A stretch of 45,541 nt of DNA from Bacteroidota bacterium. Its GTDB lineage: Bacteria > Bacteroidota > Bacteroidia > Bacteroidales > JAIFNC01. A model generated the notes under the pieces. That model saw only the letters and a list, made by a program, of their open reading frames with translations. It had not been told where the DNA came from and did no database searches. Both the position numbers and the translations under genes were made by a program. Each line of letters opens with the position of its first letter. Within the stretch, counting starts at the first letter, position 1. Location: NCBI GenBank assembly GCA_020047935.1, contig JAIFNC010000168.1, positions 1 to 45,541 on the forward strand. Direction: 5' to 3'. Shown here in pieces: positions 9,124 through 19,600 of the stretch.

Positions 9124-10149
9124 ATGAGAACCTATAGAAAATTGGCTGAAATAAATTTTTTTCACAAGTATTATGAATCAGGAATACTTGAAAGCACTGA
9201 TTTGGGTTTTTATAAAACCCCGGAAACCGAAAAATTGCTTGCCAACTATAGGTTAATGCTTAAAATTAAACCCGGAGTTATAGAACTTATTCAAGAATGC
9301 GAAGAAGAAGAAGAAGGACTTGAAGCATTTATTGAAATAGATAAAGAATTGAAATTCAGTATAGTAATTGAACAAAAAAACAAACAATTCTTTTCTTTTT
9401 CCGAATTGCCTTTTATTGATATGGGCAAAGAGGTTTTTTATTTCAGCAATAAAATAGTTAAAGAAAATAAGAAAAGTGCAGGTTTAGTTAAAGGTAAAGA
9501 AATTGGCGTTTCAGATTTGCATTGGTTACTGCCAAAATCGGTAGCCAAGATTGAAAATTTGGATTGGAAAGCACCAAAAACGCTTTCGTCTATAACAAAA
9601 GATAAAAATATAGTGTGTACAAGTTTGGATGATTTTGCTCAAATTGTACCAACCTTAGCCGATGGCTATTACGAACTTATTTCGGGCAAAAATACCGAAG
9701 CAAGTTTTGTGCTGTTTAAAGCTAAATACAGCGCTGCCGATATAGGATTGATTGAATTTTTTGTTGATACCGTTATGGCAAAAGCCATACATTCGGAGCC
9801 GGTGCAATTCGGTATTACCTTCGAAGCGCGCAAGTTGCCCTGGCAATATCAGGTTTTTGAGCGCTTCAACAGCATAAAGAATATTTTAATTGTCGACGAC
9901 AAAGAAGAAGTGGAATTTAAAGAATTAGCTGTCATTGAACAAGATGGCATAAAATCGAGAGTGTTTATTTCGAAAAAGCCGATTGCAATTACCGAAATAA
10001 CCAAAAAAGCATTTCGTATAATTTCGCCGGCAAATGGCAGAGCCGGAAAGGTTTGGGTTGAAAAGTTGCCCATCCCGAAGTTCAGCAATATTACCATGTC
10101 GGCAGAACCTGACAAAACAATGTTTTTCAAAGAATATGTGTATTTGTAA
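9124..10149 (+). CDS. Hypothetical protein between the eCIS cap and sheath genes
   Basis: 341-aa ORF with coding-like composition, packed between neighbours (gaps of 8 and 28 bp). Contains a CEEEEEGLEAF acidic patch. No motif recognised. Confidence 0.6.
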   Translation: MRTYRKLAEINFFHKYYESGILESTDLGFYKTPETEKLLANYRLMLKIKPGVIELIQECEEEEEGLEAFIEIDKELKFSIVIEQKNKQFFSFSELPFIDMGKEVFYFSNKIVKENKKSAGLVKGKEIGVSDLHWLLPKSVAKIENLDWKAPKTLSSITKDKNIVCTSLDDFAQIVPTLADGYYELISGKNTEASFVLFKAKYSAADIGLIEFFVDTVMAKAIHSEPVQFGITFEARKLPWQYQVFERFNSIKNILIVDDKEEVEFKELAVIEQDGIKSRVFISKKPIAITEITKKAFRIISPANGRAGKVWVEKLPIPKFSNITMSAEPDKTMFFKEYVYL

Positions 10150-10177
10150 ATTCGTTTAATAACTAAATATTAACGCT

Positions 10178-12067
10178 ATGGCAGATTATAAAACACCCGG
10201 AGTGTATGTGGAGGAAATCTCCAAATCTACCCCTTCAGCAGCACAGGTTGCAACGGCTATTCCAATTTTTATTGGCTATACCGAACGTGCGAGCAAATCG
10301 GGTACGGATATTAAGAACATGCCCACTTACATTAGTTCGTTGCTTGAGTTCAACGAATATTTTGGACAGGGCTACAAACCCGCAACTATCGAGGTTGTTC
10401 TGAATGAGAACAAAAACGTAGATTCGGTAAAATTCGACAAACAATACTATCTGTATGATAGTGTAAGAATGTTCTATGCCAATGGCGGTGGGCAGTGCTG
10501 CATTTTGTCGGTTGGAAACTATTCTGAAAAAATTTCTTTTGAAAAAATTTCTTCCGGTATTAAAATCAGCAAAAAAGAAAACTTGCCTACCCTAATTCTT
10601 TTGCCCGATGCCATGTTGTTGGAATCGAAAGATGAAGCGTATTCGTTGCAACAAGAGGCTTTATTGCTTTGTTTAAAACTGAAAGACCGCTTTACGGTGC
10701 TTGACGTATATCAAGGCTACAAAAACCTCGACGATATGGTTGACGTTATTGAACAATTCCGCTCGGGTATTGGTATTAATGCGCTGCAATTTGGTGCTGC
10801 CTACTATCCTTGGATTCAGACGCTTTACAAAGCTGAAGTATCTTACAAGAATGTGGTATTTACCGACCCTAAAGGCAAAAAAATTAACTTGGAAGACATT
10901 GTTCCGAATCCACAACCGGTGCTTAATTTCAACTCTGCAATAGCCGATTTTAAAGCGGTTAAACAATTTGTTGAAGCACAAGCCGGCTTAGAAACAAAGC
11001 TTAACCAATTCGATAAAAAACAAGCCAATACAAAAGCTGAAGTTGCTCATAAAATAGGCATTCTGAAAGCTGCCGGAATGGAATTGTACCAATTGCGCGA
11101 CAACACACTTACCAACCCGGTAGTAAAAAGCGAATTGCAACAAAAAACCAATTCGAACTCGGTATTTGCTGCATTAGTTCGCGGATTGTATGCACTCGAT
11201 TTAGCGGTTAAAGGCGGTGCCATTAATCCGAAATCGGAATTTTCGGACTTAAATTTGGCTGCAACGCAAGCCGAAGCTGAGGTTGCCGAAATAAAAGAAG
11301 AACCGGCTCAGGTTGAAGCTGCTCGCAAAGTACTGGATACCCTTATACAGAACTTCAAAAAATTTATGAGTTCGTTGGTATTGGATGCCGCCGAAATTGA
11401 AGACCAATTGGATAAAGCGGTTTATGAAAATGTGGCTTTATATAAAGTTGCTGTAAGTAAAATTTATCAAGAAGCCTCTAAACTTCCTCCAAGCGGCGCT
11501 ATTGCAGGCATTTACTCGCAAGTTGACGATAATCGAGGTGTTTGGAAAGCTCCGGCAAACGTAAGCCTTTCAAATACAGTTAAACCTTGGGTTGAAATTG
11601 ATAACGACCAACAAGAAAACTTAAATGTTGATCCGGTGGGCGGAAAATCAATCAATGCAATTCGTGCATTTCCGGGTCAGGGCAACTTGGTTTGGGGTGG
11701 CAGAACGTTGGCAGGCAACGACAGCGAATGGCGTTATGTTTCGGTTCGCAGGTTCTTTAATATGGCAGAAAAAACCCTAAAGCAGGCATCGGGTTGGGCA
11801 GTATTCGAACCCAACACCGAGATGACGTGGATTCGAATTCGTGCAATGATGAACAACTTCCTGATTAACCTCTGGAAAGCCGGTGCTATGATGGGTTCAA
11901 CCCCCGACGAAGCATTCTTTGTAAACGTTGGTTTAGGAACCACCATGACCCAAGAAGACATACTTGAAGGTAGATTGATTATTGAAGTTGGTATGGCTGT
12001 TGTACGACCAGCCGAATTCGTAATCATTAAATTTAGCCACAAATCTATTTCAGGAAGTAACGAATAG
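10178..12067 (+). CDS. Contractile tail sheath protein (Afp2-4 / Pvc2-like)
   Basis: 629 aa. Canonical sheath N-terminus MADYKTPGVYVEEI. C-terminal sheath domain GIYSQVDDNRGVWKAPANVSL...NAIRAFPGQGNLVWGGRTL...WRYVSVRRFFNMAEKTLKQASGWAVFEPN. Confidence 0.95.
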   Translation: MADYKTPGVYVEEISKSTPSAAQVATAIPIFIGYTERASKSGTDIKNMPTYISSLLEFNEYFGQGYKPATIEVVLNENKNVDSVKFDKQYYLYDSVRMFYANGGGQCCILSVGNYSEKISFEKISSGIKISKKENLPTLILLPDAMLLESKDEAYSLQQEALLLCLKLKDRFTVLDVYQGYKNLDDMVDVIEQFRSGIGINALQFGAAYYPWIQTLYKAEVSYKNVVFTDPKGKKINLEDIVPNPQPVLNFNSAIADFKAVKQFVEAQAGLETKLNQFDKKQANTKAEVAHKIGILKAAGMELYQLRDNTLTNPVVKSELQQKTNSNSVFAALVRGLYALDLAVKGGAINPKSEFSDLNLAATQAEAEVAEIKEEPAQVEAARKVLDTLIQNFKKFMSSLVLDAAEIEDQLDKAVYENVALYKVAVSKIYQEASKLPPSGAIAGIYSQVDDNRGVWKAPANVSLSNTVKPWVEIDNDQQENLNVDPVGGKSINAIRAFPGQGNLVWGGRTLAGNDSEWRYVSVRRFFNMAEKTLKQASGWAVFEPNTEMTWIRIRAMMNNFLINLWKAGAMMGSTPDEAFFVNVGLGTTMTQEDILEGRLIIEVGMAVVRPAEFVIIKFSHKSISGSNE

Positions 12068-12113
12068 TTTGCGGTAAAATATAATATTAATTAAACAAAA
12101 AATACAGTAAAAT

Positions 12114-12560
12114 ATGGCTGAAGCATATCCAATTCCGAAATTTCATTTCGAAGTAAGCTGGGCAAATGCAGCTAACGGCTCTATTGTTTGCTCTGAGGCA
12201 AGCGGACTAAACTCTTCCATCGCTTCAATTGAATACCGCGACGGTAAAAGCCCTCAATTTTATAACATCAAAAGCCCGGGTTTGCAAACTTTTAGTGATG
12301 TAGTACTTTCTAAAGCAATTTTCCAAGACGATGCCGACTTTCAGGCTTGGCACGATTTGGTGGCTACCGACCGCGATGCATTCCGCGACGTGGTAACCAT
12401 TGTGCTGAAAAATGAATTGGGCGAACCGGTACTTTCATGGGAATTGCAAGACGCTTGGGTTTCGAACTGGGAAATGCCCGACATGAACTCAACGGCAAAC
12501 GAAGTAGCGATTGAAAAAATTACCATTGTGTCGGAAAACATTATGGTTACTGCCGGTTAA
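12114..12560 (+). CDS. Inner tube protein (T4 gp19 / Afp1-like)
   Basis: 148 aa. N-terminus AYPIPKFHFEVSW and CSEASGL...IEYRDG are typical of the phage-tail-tube gp19 family. Confidence 0.9.
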   Translation: MAEAYPIPKFHFEVSWANAANGSIVCSEASGLNSSIASIEYRDGKSPQFYNIKSPGLQTFSDVVLSKAIFQDDADFQAWHDLVATDRDAFRDVVTIVLKNELGEPVLSWELQDAWVSNWEMPDMNSTANEVAIEKITIVSENIMVTAG

Positions 12561-12593
12561 TAAATTCAAACCGAACCTATTAACCTAAATTGA

Positions 12594-12625
12594 AACTCCG
12601 GACTGCGCAATATAAGTCCGGAGTT
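12594..12625 (+). promoter_or_regulatory. Strong intercistronic stem-loop between the two tube genes (no U-tract)
   Basis: AACTCCGGACT (12594-12604) pairs perfectly with AGTCCGGAGTT (12615-12625) around a 10-nt loop. Flanking TTGAAAC / GTTTCAA can extend the stem. There is no T-run downstream. Confidence 0.6.
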
Positions 12626-12663
12626 CAGTTTCAACATAAAACCCTTAAACTAAACATAAAGCA

Positions 12664-13197
12664 ATGCCACCTGAAGTAGACAAATACCCCTTACCCGGCT
12701 TTAGTTTTCGTGTCGATTTTTTGTTTAGTCAAACCAACGAATCGAAATATTTAGGTCCTGAAGAAGCTGCATTTATGGAAGTTAGCGGACTTAAAGCTTC
12801 GCTCGACCTGGAAGAGTACCCGGAAATGGGCTTTTTTGGTCAGCCAAGGTCGTTTATTACCGGTTTAAGGTTCGAAAAATTAATTCTAAAACGCGGTTTT
12901 ACGAGCAGTTCAAAAATTGCAGCATGGTTTAAAGACTGTATGTATAACCAAAAAACCAACCACATTTCGTTATTGGTTTCGCTTATTGGCACCGGCGCAT
13001 CGAACAAAGGGCGTCCTCTTGCCGTATGGCAGTTCTATGAAGCATTTCCGGTAAGTATCGAGTACAGCGGTTTTAATGCCATGGAATCGGGTTTTACTAT
13101 TGAAACACTCGAAATTAGGTACAGTTATTTTACTGCACTCGAAAAGAAAAAGAAAACAGCTCCGCCGCCAGCTAAAAAACCGGCGCCAAAAAAATAG
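12664..13197 (+). CDS. Second tube-family protein (Afp5-like) with basic Pro/Lys C-terminal tail
   Basis: 177 aa. YPLPGFSFRVDF...FMEVSGL parallels the N-terminus of the first tube protein. Ends EKKKKTAPPPAKKPAPKK. Confidence 0.85.
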   Translation: MPPEVDKYPLPGFSFRVDFLFSQTNESKYLGPEEAAFMEVSGLKASLDLEEYPEMGFFGQPRSFITGLRFEKLILKRGFTSSSKIAAWFKDCMYNQKTNHISLLVSLIGTGASNKGRPLAVWQFYEAFPVSIEYSGFNAMESGFTIETLEIRYSYFTALEKKKKTAPPPAKKPAPKK

Positions 13198-13251
13198 GGT
13201 ATATTTTAATCGCAAATTCGAATTAAGTTTTACAACATAAAAAGCAAAGGT

Positions 13252-13434
13252 ATGCCGGTAGAAATAAGAGAACTTGTAATTAAAACAACCATTGACAATT
13301 CGGGAGGCGATTCAAGCGGATTGCCGGTGAACGATAAACAATTGAAAAAGCTTCTGAAAAACTTGAAAGAAGAAGTTTTAAAAGAATGCTTACTGGAAAT
13401 TGATAAACAATTTGAGCGTAAAAACCAACGCTAA
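13252..13434 (+). CDS. Small conserved eCIS protein (DUF5908-like)
   Basis: 60 aa. N-terminus MPVEIRELVIKTTI matches the characteristic start of this eCIS-associated family. Its stop overlaps the next start (TAATG). Confidence 0.65.
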   Translation: MPVEIRELVIKTTIDNSGGDSSGLPVNDKQLKKLLKNLKEEVLKECLLEIDKQFERKNQR

Positions 13435-14114
13435 TGGCAACAAAAAGCAGCAGCGATAAGCTGAAAATTATAGCTTACAAAAAAAACACCTTTTCGGAAG
13501 GCGATAAAGTGGGCGAATATACCGTTCGGTACAATCCTACCAATATTCAGCATTCCTACGACATCAATTTCGATGAAGAGCAAGCTGTTGGTTCGTCGGG
13601 TACCGAAAATAAATACCAATTTTCGCGGCCGGAACGACTAACTTTCGAAATAATTTTCGATGCAACGGTTATGGCAGAAGGTTCGACCGAAAAATATGAG
13701 GTTGATACCGATATAAAAGATTTTAAAAAATTAGTGGTCGATTTTAACGGCGATATTCATCGACCAAATTATATTCGATTAGCTTGGGGTGCCTTTTCGT
13801 TTAAAGGACAAATAGCCGAAATATCGTTTGCCTATTCGTCGTTTTCGCCACAAGGCAAAGCCATGAAGGCAAAAGCCGATGTTACTTTTGTTGAAGTGGT
13901 GGACGTAGGTACACGTTTGGCCGCCGAAAATAAAAGCTCGCCCGACTTAACCCACATTATTACAGTAAAAGAAGGCGATAGTTTACCTATGCTTTGCCAT
14001 AATATTTACAACGACCCGTTGTATTATTTGCAAGTGGCACGCATTAATAACTTAGAAAATTTTAGAAAATTAAAAGCCGGCGAAACAATTATGTTTCCTC
14101 CGCTTGATAAATAA
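13434..14114 (+). CDS. Tube-initiator-like protein with C-terminal LysM domain (Afp7 / P2 gpX-like)
   Basis: 226 aa. C-terminal LysM: HIITVKEGDSLPMLCHNIYNDPLYYLQVARINNLENFRKLKAGETIMFP. The N-terminal half is of tube-fold size. Confidence 0.8.
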   Translation: MATKSSSDKLKIIAYKKNTFSEGDKVGEYTVRYNPTNIQHSYDINFDEEQAVGSSGTENKYQFSRPERLTFEIIFDATVMAEGSTEKYEVDTDIKDFKKLVVDFNGDIHRPNYIRLAWGAFSFKGQIAEISFAYSSFSPQGKAMKAKADVTFVEVVDVGTRLAAENKSSPDLTHIITVKEGDSLPMLCHNIYNDPLYYLQVARINNLENFRKLKAGETIMFPPLDK

Positions 14115-14120
14115 AAATAT

Positions 14121-15914
14121 ATGCCCGGTCCAAAACCATCAGGATTAGTTAATGTTAAGGTGCTTGCAGGAGGTTCCGAATTACCCGGAACGTTCCAAGT
14201 AAATCGTATTCAAATTACCAAAACACTTAACAAAGTTTCGTCGGCTACTATTCATTTTCTCGATGGAAACCCGTCGATTCAGAAATTTGAAATTAGCGAT
14301 AAAGCCGATTTGGAGCCCGGTGCCGAAATTGAAATTAAGGCAGGATACGACTCCGATTCAGAATCGTTATTTAAAGGAATAATTATTAAACACGGCATAA
14401 AAGTGCAAAGCGGAAGCACTTTTACCATTATTGAATGTAAGGACAAAGCCGTGCTTATGACCATTGAAAACCGAAGCGATATTTTTGAAAAGAAAAAAGA
14501 TTCGGAAATAATGCAAACCCTTATTTCGCGACACAGCGGAGTAAGTGCAAAAGTGGACGCAACCGACTACCAGCACCCGCAAATATTGCAATACAATGCT
14601 ACCGATTGGGACTTTGTAATGGCTCGCGCCGAGGCAAACAGCAAAGTGGTGTATACCTTGGATAATAAGGTTGGTGTAGTAACACCAAAAGTTGCTTCGC
14701 CTAAAATGACCTTGGAATTTGGAACTAATATAATTGATTTTGAAGCCAATATAAATGCCGATACTCAACTTTCGAAAGTGAAAGCAATTTCGTGGAATAT
14801 AAAATCGCAAGAAGTTGCGCAAAAAGAAGTGTCGTCGGCCGATTTTGAAGAAACCGGAAGTTTAAAATCGGCAGGACTTGCCGGAAAAGTTAAAACCGAC
14901 GGACAATTACTTTCGCACCCCGGAGCTTTGGATGTAGGCGAATTGGGCGATTGGGGAAAAGCCGTAATGCTCCGAAGTAAAATGGGCAAACTTACCGGAA
15001 CGGTTAAAGCCAATGGTTTTGCCGGTATTAACCCAAACGATACGCTGGAGTTAAAAGGCTTTGGCAAAAAATTCAACGGAAAAGTTTATGTTGCTTCTGT
15101 AGAACACAGCATTGATGCCGGCAAATGGTTTACTTCAATTAAGTTCGGTTTAAACCCCGAATTGCATGTGCGTAAATTCGACATTGGTTCGCAGCAAGCC
15201 TCGGGTTTGCTGCCTGCAGTACACGGATTGCAAATTGGAATTGTAAAGAAAATACACGAAGACCCCGACAACCAACACCGTGTGCAAGTTTCGCTGGTTT
15301 CGTTCGGCAGTTCAACCAACGTGTGGGCAAGGCGAGTGTTCCCCGATGCCGGCAAAGAGCGTGGTGTATATTGGATGCCCGAAATTGGCGACGAAGTAGT
15401 AATCGGTTTTATGAACGATGATGCTCGCTATCCGATAATTATTGGGAATTTGCACAGTTCAAAAAATAAACCGCCCTACGTAACCGACGCAAAAAATAAA
15501 GAAAAGGGTATTGTTACTCGTGAAAAATTAAAGTTGACTTTTAACGACGAAGATAAAATTACAACTTGGGAAACGCCTGCCAAACAGTCGATTGAAATTA
15601 ACGACAAGGAAGAGTCGATTGTAATTAAAGACAAGCAAGGTAATACTATTACCCTTAAAAAAGACTTGATTGAATTAAAGGGAATGGGCGAAATTAAAAT
15701 AACTGCTATGAAGGATGTTACCATTTCGGGGCAGAATATTAAAATAGATGCTAAATTGAATGCCGATATAGGTGCCACCAACATTAAAAACACGGCTAAA
15801 GCGCAATTTAAAGCAGCAGGAAATGCCGGAGCCGAAATTTCGTCGGGAGCACAAACGGTGGTAAAAGGTGGTGCCATGGTACAAATTCAAGGTGCATTGG
15901 TAAAAATAAATTAA
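14121..15914 (+). CDS. Spike/hub protein (gpD + gp5-OB / VgrG-like, Afp8-like)
   Basis: 597 aa. gp5-OB / Phage_base_V-like segment GIVKKIHEDPDNQHRVQVSL...VWARRVFPDAGKERGVYWMPEIGDEVVIGFMNDDARYPIIIGNLHS, followed by a beta-helix-like repeat tail. Confidence 0.9.
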   Translation: MPGPKPSGLVNVKVLAGGSELPGTFQVNRIQITKTLNKVSSATIHFLDGNPSIQKFEISDKADLEPGAEIEIKAGYDSDSESLFKGIIIKHGIKVQSGSTFTIIECKDKAVLMTIENRSDIFEKKKDSEIMQTLISRHSGVSAKVDATDYQHPQILQYNATDWDFVMARAEANSKVVYTLDNKVGVVTPKVASPKMTLEFGTNIIDFEANINADTQLSKVKAISWNIKSQEVAQKEVSSADFEETGSLKSAGLAGKVKTDGQLLSHPGALDVGELGDWGKAVMLRSKMGKLTGTVKANGFAGINPNDTLELKGFGKKFNGKVYVASVEHSIDAGKWFTSIKFGLNPELHVRKFDIGSQQASGLLPAVHGLQIGIVKKIHEDPDNQHRVQVSLVSFGSSTNVWARRVFPDAGKERGVYWMPEIGDEVVIGFMNDDARYPIIIGNLHSSKNKPPYVTDAKNKEKGIVTREKLKLTFNDEDKITTWETPAKQSIEINDKEESIVIKDKQGNTITLKKDLIELKGMGEIKITAMKDVTISGQNIKIDAKLNADIGATNIKNTAKAQFKAAGNAGAEISSGAQTVVKGGAMVQIQGALVKIN

Positions 15915-15925
15915 TAAAAAAAACA

Positions 15926-16225
15926 ATGCCTCCAGCCGCTCGATTAACCGATATGCATGTTTGCCCTATGGTAACTCCGGGTGTTCCGCCGGTTCCGCAT
16001 GTAGGCGGGCCGGTAGTAGGGCCCGGAATACCAACCGTACTTATAGGCGGAATGCCGGCTGCCGTACTGGGCGACAATGCCGTTTGCACCGGACCGCCCG
16101 ATACGATAATTAAAGGTTCGGCTACCGTATTAATTGGTGGTAAACCGGCAGCTCGAATGGGCGATTCTACAGCACACGGCGGATCGGTTGTGGCAGGTTT
16201 TCCGACAGTAATGATTGGAGGTTAG
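15926..16225 (+). CDS. PAAR-domain spike tip protein (Afp10-like)
   Basis: 99 aa. PAARLTDMHVCP...IGGMPAAVLGD...IGGKPAARMGDSTAHGG: three PAAR-type repeats. Confidence 0.9.
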   Translation: MPPAARLTDMHVCPMVTPGVPPVPHVGGPVVGPGIPTVLIGGMPAAVLGDNAVCTGPPDTIIKGSATVLIGGKPAARMGDSTAHGGSVVAGFPTVMIGG

Positions 16226-16238
16226 AAAAAATAAAGCT

Positions 16239-16646
16239 ATGAGCGCAGATATACCATTTATTGGCAAGGGGTGGAGTTTTCCTCCCGAATTTACAAAGGG
16301 AAGTACCGGAATTAAAATTGTTACCGGGCAAGAAGATATTGAGCAAAGCCTTTATATATTGCTTTCTACGCGCATTGGCGAACGTTTTATGTTGCCAAAT
16401 TTTGGCTGCGATTTAAGCATTTTGCTTTTCGAATCGATGGACGAAGGATTGCAAAAACGCCTCGAAGATATGATTCGCGGAGCTATTTTATTGTACGAAA
16501 CACGCATTAATGTCGAAAAAATAGTTTTCGATTATAGGGTTGACGACGGATTGGTAAATATTGATATTCAATATATCATACGAACTACAAATACACGTAC
16601 CAACATCGTTTACCCTTACTATTTAAACGAAGGTACCAATTTATAA
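16239..16646 (+). CDS. Baseplate wedge protein gp25/GPW-like (Afp9-like)
   Basis: The ORF is open from a TTG at 16215; the first ATG is at 16239. IGKGWSFPPEF...VTGQEDIEQSLYILLSTRIGERFMLPNFGCDL is the GPW_gp25 signature. Confidence 0.9.
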   Translation: MSADIPFIGKGWSFPPEFTKGSTGIKIVTGQEDIEQSLYILLSTRIGERFMLPNFGCDLSILLFESMDEGLQKRLEDMIRGAILLYETRINVEKIVFDYRVDDGLVNIDIQYIIRTTNTRTNIVYPYYLNEGTNL

Positions 16647-16670
16647 AACCTTTCAAAGAGAATAAAACTT

Positions 16671-19600
16671 ATGAACAACGGCATAACACATAACGACAGG
16701 TATTTAAAGGAGTTAGATGCCCAATTTTTTAAGGTCGACGAGCGCTCTTTGGACGATTTTATGGATTTTATTACCAAGTTTTCGAAGCTGATTGCATTTT
16801 ATGATGCAAACAACAACCTCGACGGCGATGCTTCGCAAATACTTGAAAACGATATTACCGTATTGCTTTTGCAAATAAGCTCGCTCGATATTGAACATAT
16901 TGACGGCAAGTTCGAACTGCTTTTGCAAGATTTCAAAGAAAAACATATCGACGTTAAAAAAGATGTTTTCGCTTCGGCTCGTATTTGGCTTAAAGCAATG
17001 AAAGCCAAACAACAATCGGAAGAAAAATTGATTGGCTTTTTATTAGAATTGCACCAACAAATCGAAAATTGGAACCTTAAAACAGTAACCGATGTCGATT
17101 TCAATTATGAAATACGTAAGCTGATTGAAACCAAATTCAGCAAAACCCTTGCACGACTTATAGCATTTGATAAACTGCTTATTGCGAAAGGCTTAATAGA
17201 ACCGCGGAAAAGAATTATTAATTACTTGCGCAAGCCCGAATGGCAAGCTGAAGAATATAGCTACCCTGTCGATTTTTTTTCCGAAGAAAAAGAAAAATAC
17301 TTCGATTCAATTACTTCGGAAGAATTGCACGATTTGTTTCATAACATACAATATTCGCTTAGCCCGATTATTAAAAGCGCCAACAGATATTCGCAAAAAT
17401 ACCTGTCCGACGGAAATACACGTCCGCATGTAGCCTTATTTATTACATTTATTGAAATGTATAAACATGCCCAATACGATATTAATCAATTTACGCAAAG
17501 GCATTTAGATTATTTTTACAACGAAATATTAAAATTTAATAGGCAACCCGAAAACGCCGACAACGTGTTTTTAACTTTTACTGTTCAGGATAGTGTTGAG
17601 GTGTGCAAAATTCCGGAAAATGCGCGTTTGCTTGCCGGACAAGACAGCGAAGGCAATGACTTGATTTACCACCTCGATAACGAACTGATTGTAAGCAAAG
17701 CAAGCATTGATTATAGGCGTGCTATTGTAAACGAAATTAAAGCTGTTTCGGCAGCCGAAAACAATTTTGAGTACGTTAACCTGAATAACAACGTAAATAA
17801 AACAGATTACGCTGAAAACAAAGAGGTTAGCGATTTTTTTATGGGTATTTCGTTGGTTAGTTCTTTCTTAAAGCTCTCGGAGGGCGATAGAACCGTTAAA
17901 ATAGCGTTGGAATTGCAGCGCTATTCATTCGATAAATTTTTAACACTTTTCGAAACCGAAGTAAAGAACAACATCGACCTCAATGTGCCAACAATTGATG
18001 AATTTGCTGCACAACTATTCTCTTTTTCATACAGTACTACCGAAGACGGCGAGCAAAGCTGGTACACCGTACCGGAAAATAAAATTACTACTAAGTTTCA
18101 AAAAAATTCCGACGGAAATCCTATAAATCGATTGACTATTATCGTTGAAATAAGTACACTGGCACCGCCTATCGACAGTTGTATTTCCGACCGATTTCCC
18201 GAAGCTAAAGCTAAAAATTTACCGGTTTGCCATTTACTCATTAATAATCGTAAACTGATTTTTTACAATTATTTTAAAGTATTGGTTATTGAAAAAATAC
18301 ACTTAGCAACCGGAGTAAACGGAATTCGCGACTTAATTATTCAGAACGATTACGGGTTAGTGGATGCAAGTTCGCCATTCGAACCATTTACAGCTACACC
18401 CGCCATTGGTTCAACACTTTATATTGGGCACGAAACTATTTTCAGTCAGCACCTTGATAAGTTGGAATTAGTGTTCGATTGGCATGATATTCCAATAGAT
18501 GCCAATGGGTTTCCGGAATATTACGAAGGCTACAGCTCGGTTGAAAGCAACGAAGTATTTAAAGCTTCGCTTAGCTTTCTGAAAAACAGAAAATGGTACC
18601 CCGAAAATAATAAGCAACTGATAAGTTTATTTCAAGACGGCGAAGTAGACCCCGACAACGGAACAGTTGCTGTTTCGAGCACAACAGTCGTTGATACCAT
18701 TGATTTAAAGGACATTAATTTTCATTTTTCGGGCCCGCCGGTGCTTAACCTCGAAGATTCGTATTCGCGAATTTGTAAAAACGGGTTTTTAAAATTAGAA
18801 TTTGCGTTTCCGCAACCGGCTTTTGGGCATAAAGAATATTTGAATATAATAAAACGCGAAGCCGGGTCTATAAAAAAAGGTGGGCAAATGCAAATACCAA
18901 ATGCACCATGGACACCTACGTTGCGCGGACTTTCGATAAACTATACTTCGTCAATAATTATTGATATTCAGAACCAAGACCCGCTAAATAAAGCCTATAT
19001 ATATCACGTACATCCGTTTGGCGAAAAAATAATATCGGAACCTATTGGCCGCGAAATAAATTTGTTGCCTCAATATCCGCTCGGAACAGAGTTAATTTTA
19101 GGAATTCGCAATTTTAATATTCACGAATTACTTTCAATTTTCTTTCAAATAAACGAATTTTCGTCAGACATAGAAGAAGAAAAGCCCGAAGTACATTGGA
19201 CTTATTTGAATCAAGATGAATGGCTGCCTATAAAATATGAGCAATTGGTTGGCGACAGCACCAATGATTTGTCGAATTCCGGAATTATAGTGTTCGATTT
19301 TGCGAGTTTCGATAAAGATTATTTTAATGCGAAATCGTTATTCGAAAACCGTTCGTATACGCCTAATATTTTTTGGCTTAAATGCAAAAGTTTACATGGC
19401 GAAGAATTTGTGCACAACATACGCTTAATTGAACTGCATGCAGCATCGGCAACCTATAAAAACAATGGAAACGCCAAAGACCATTTGGAAAAACCTATGC
19501 CTGCCAATTCAATTAAACGATTTATTGACGATATAGCCGATATTAAAGCAATCTCGCAGCCTTTCGAGTCGGTAAACGGCAAACCGGAAGAGTCGCAACT

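Noticed and set aside
14367-15355. Cluster of minus-strand ORFs (60-151 aa) inside the spike gene
   Set aside because: These are shadow ORFs opposite a gene with a clear gp5-OB/VgrG motif. There are no motifs and no sensible start contexts.
15808-16089. 93-aa Pro/Gly/Thr-rich minus-strand ORF
   Set aside because: It is the antisense shadow of the Gly/Pro-rich PAAR gene. The sense frame carries canonical PAAR repeats.
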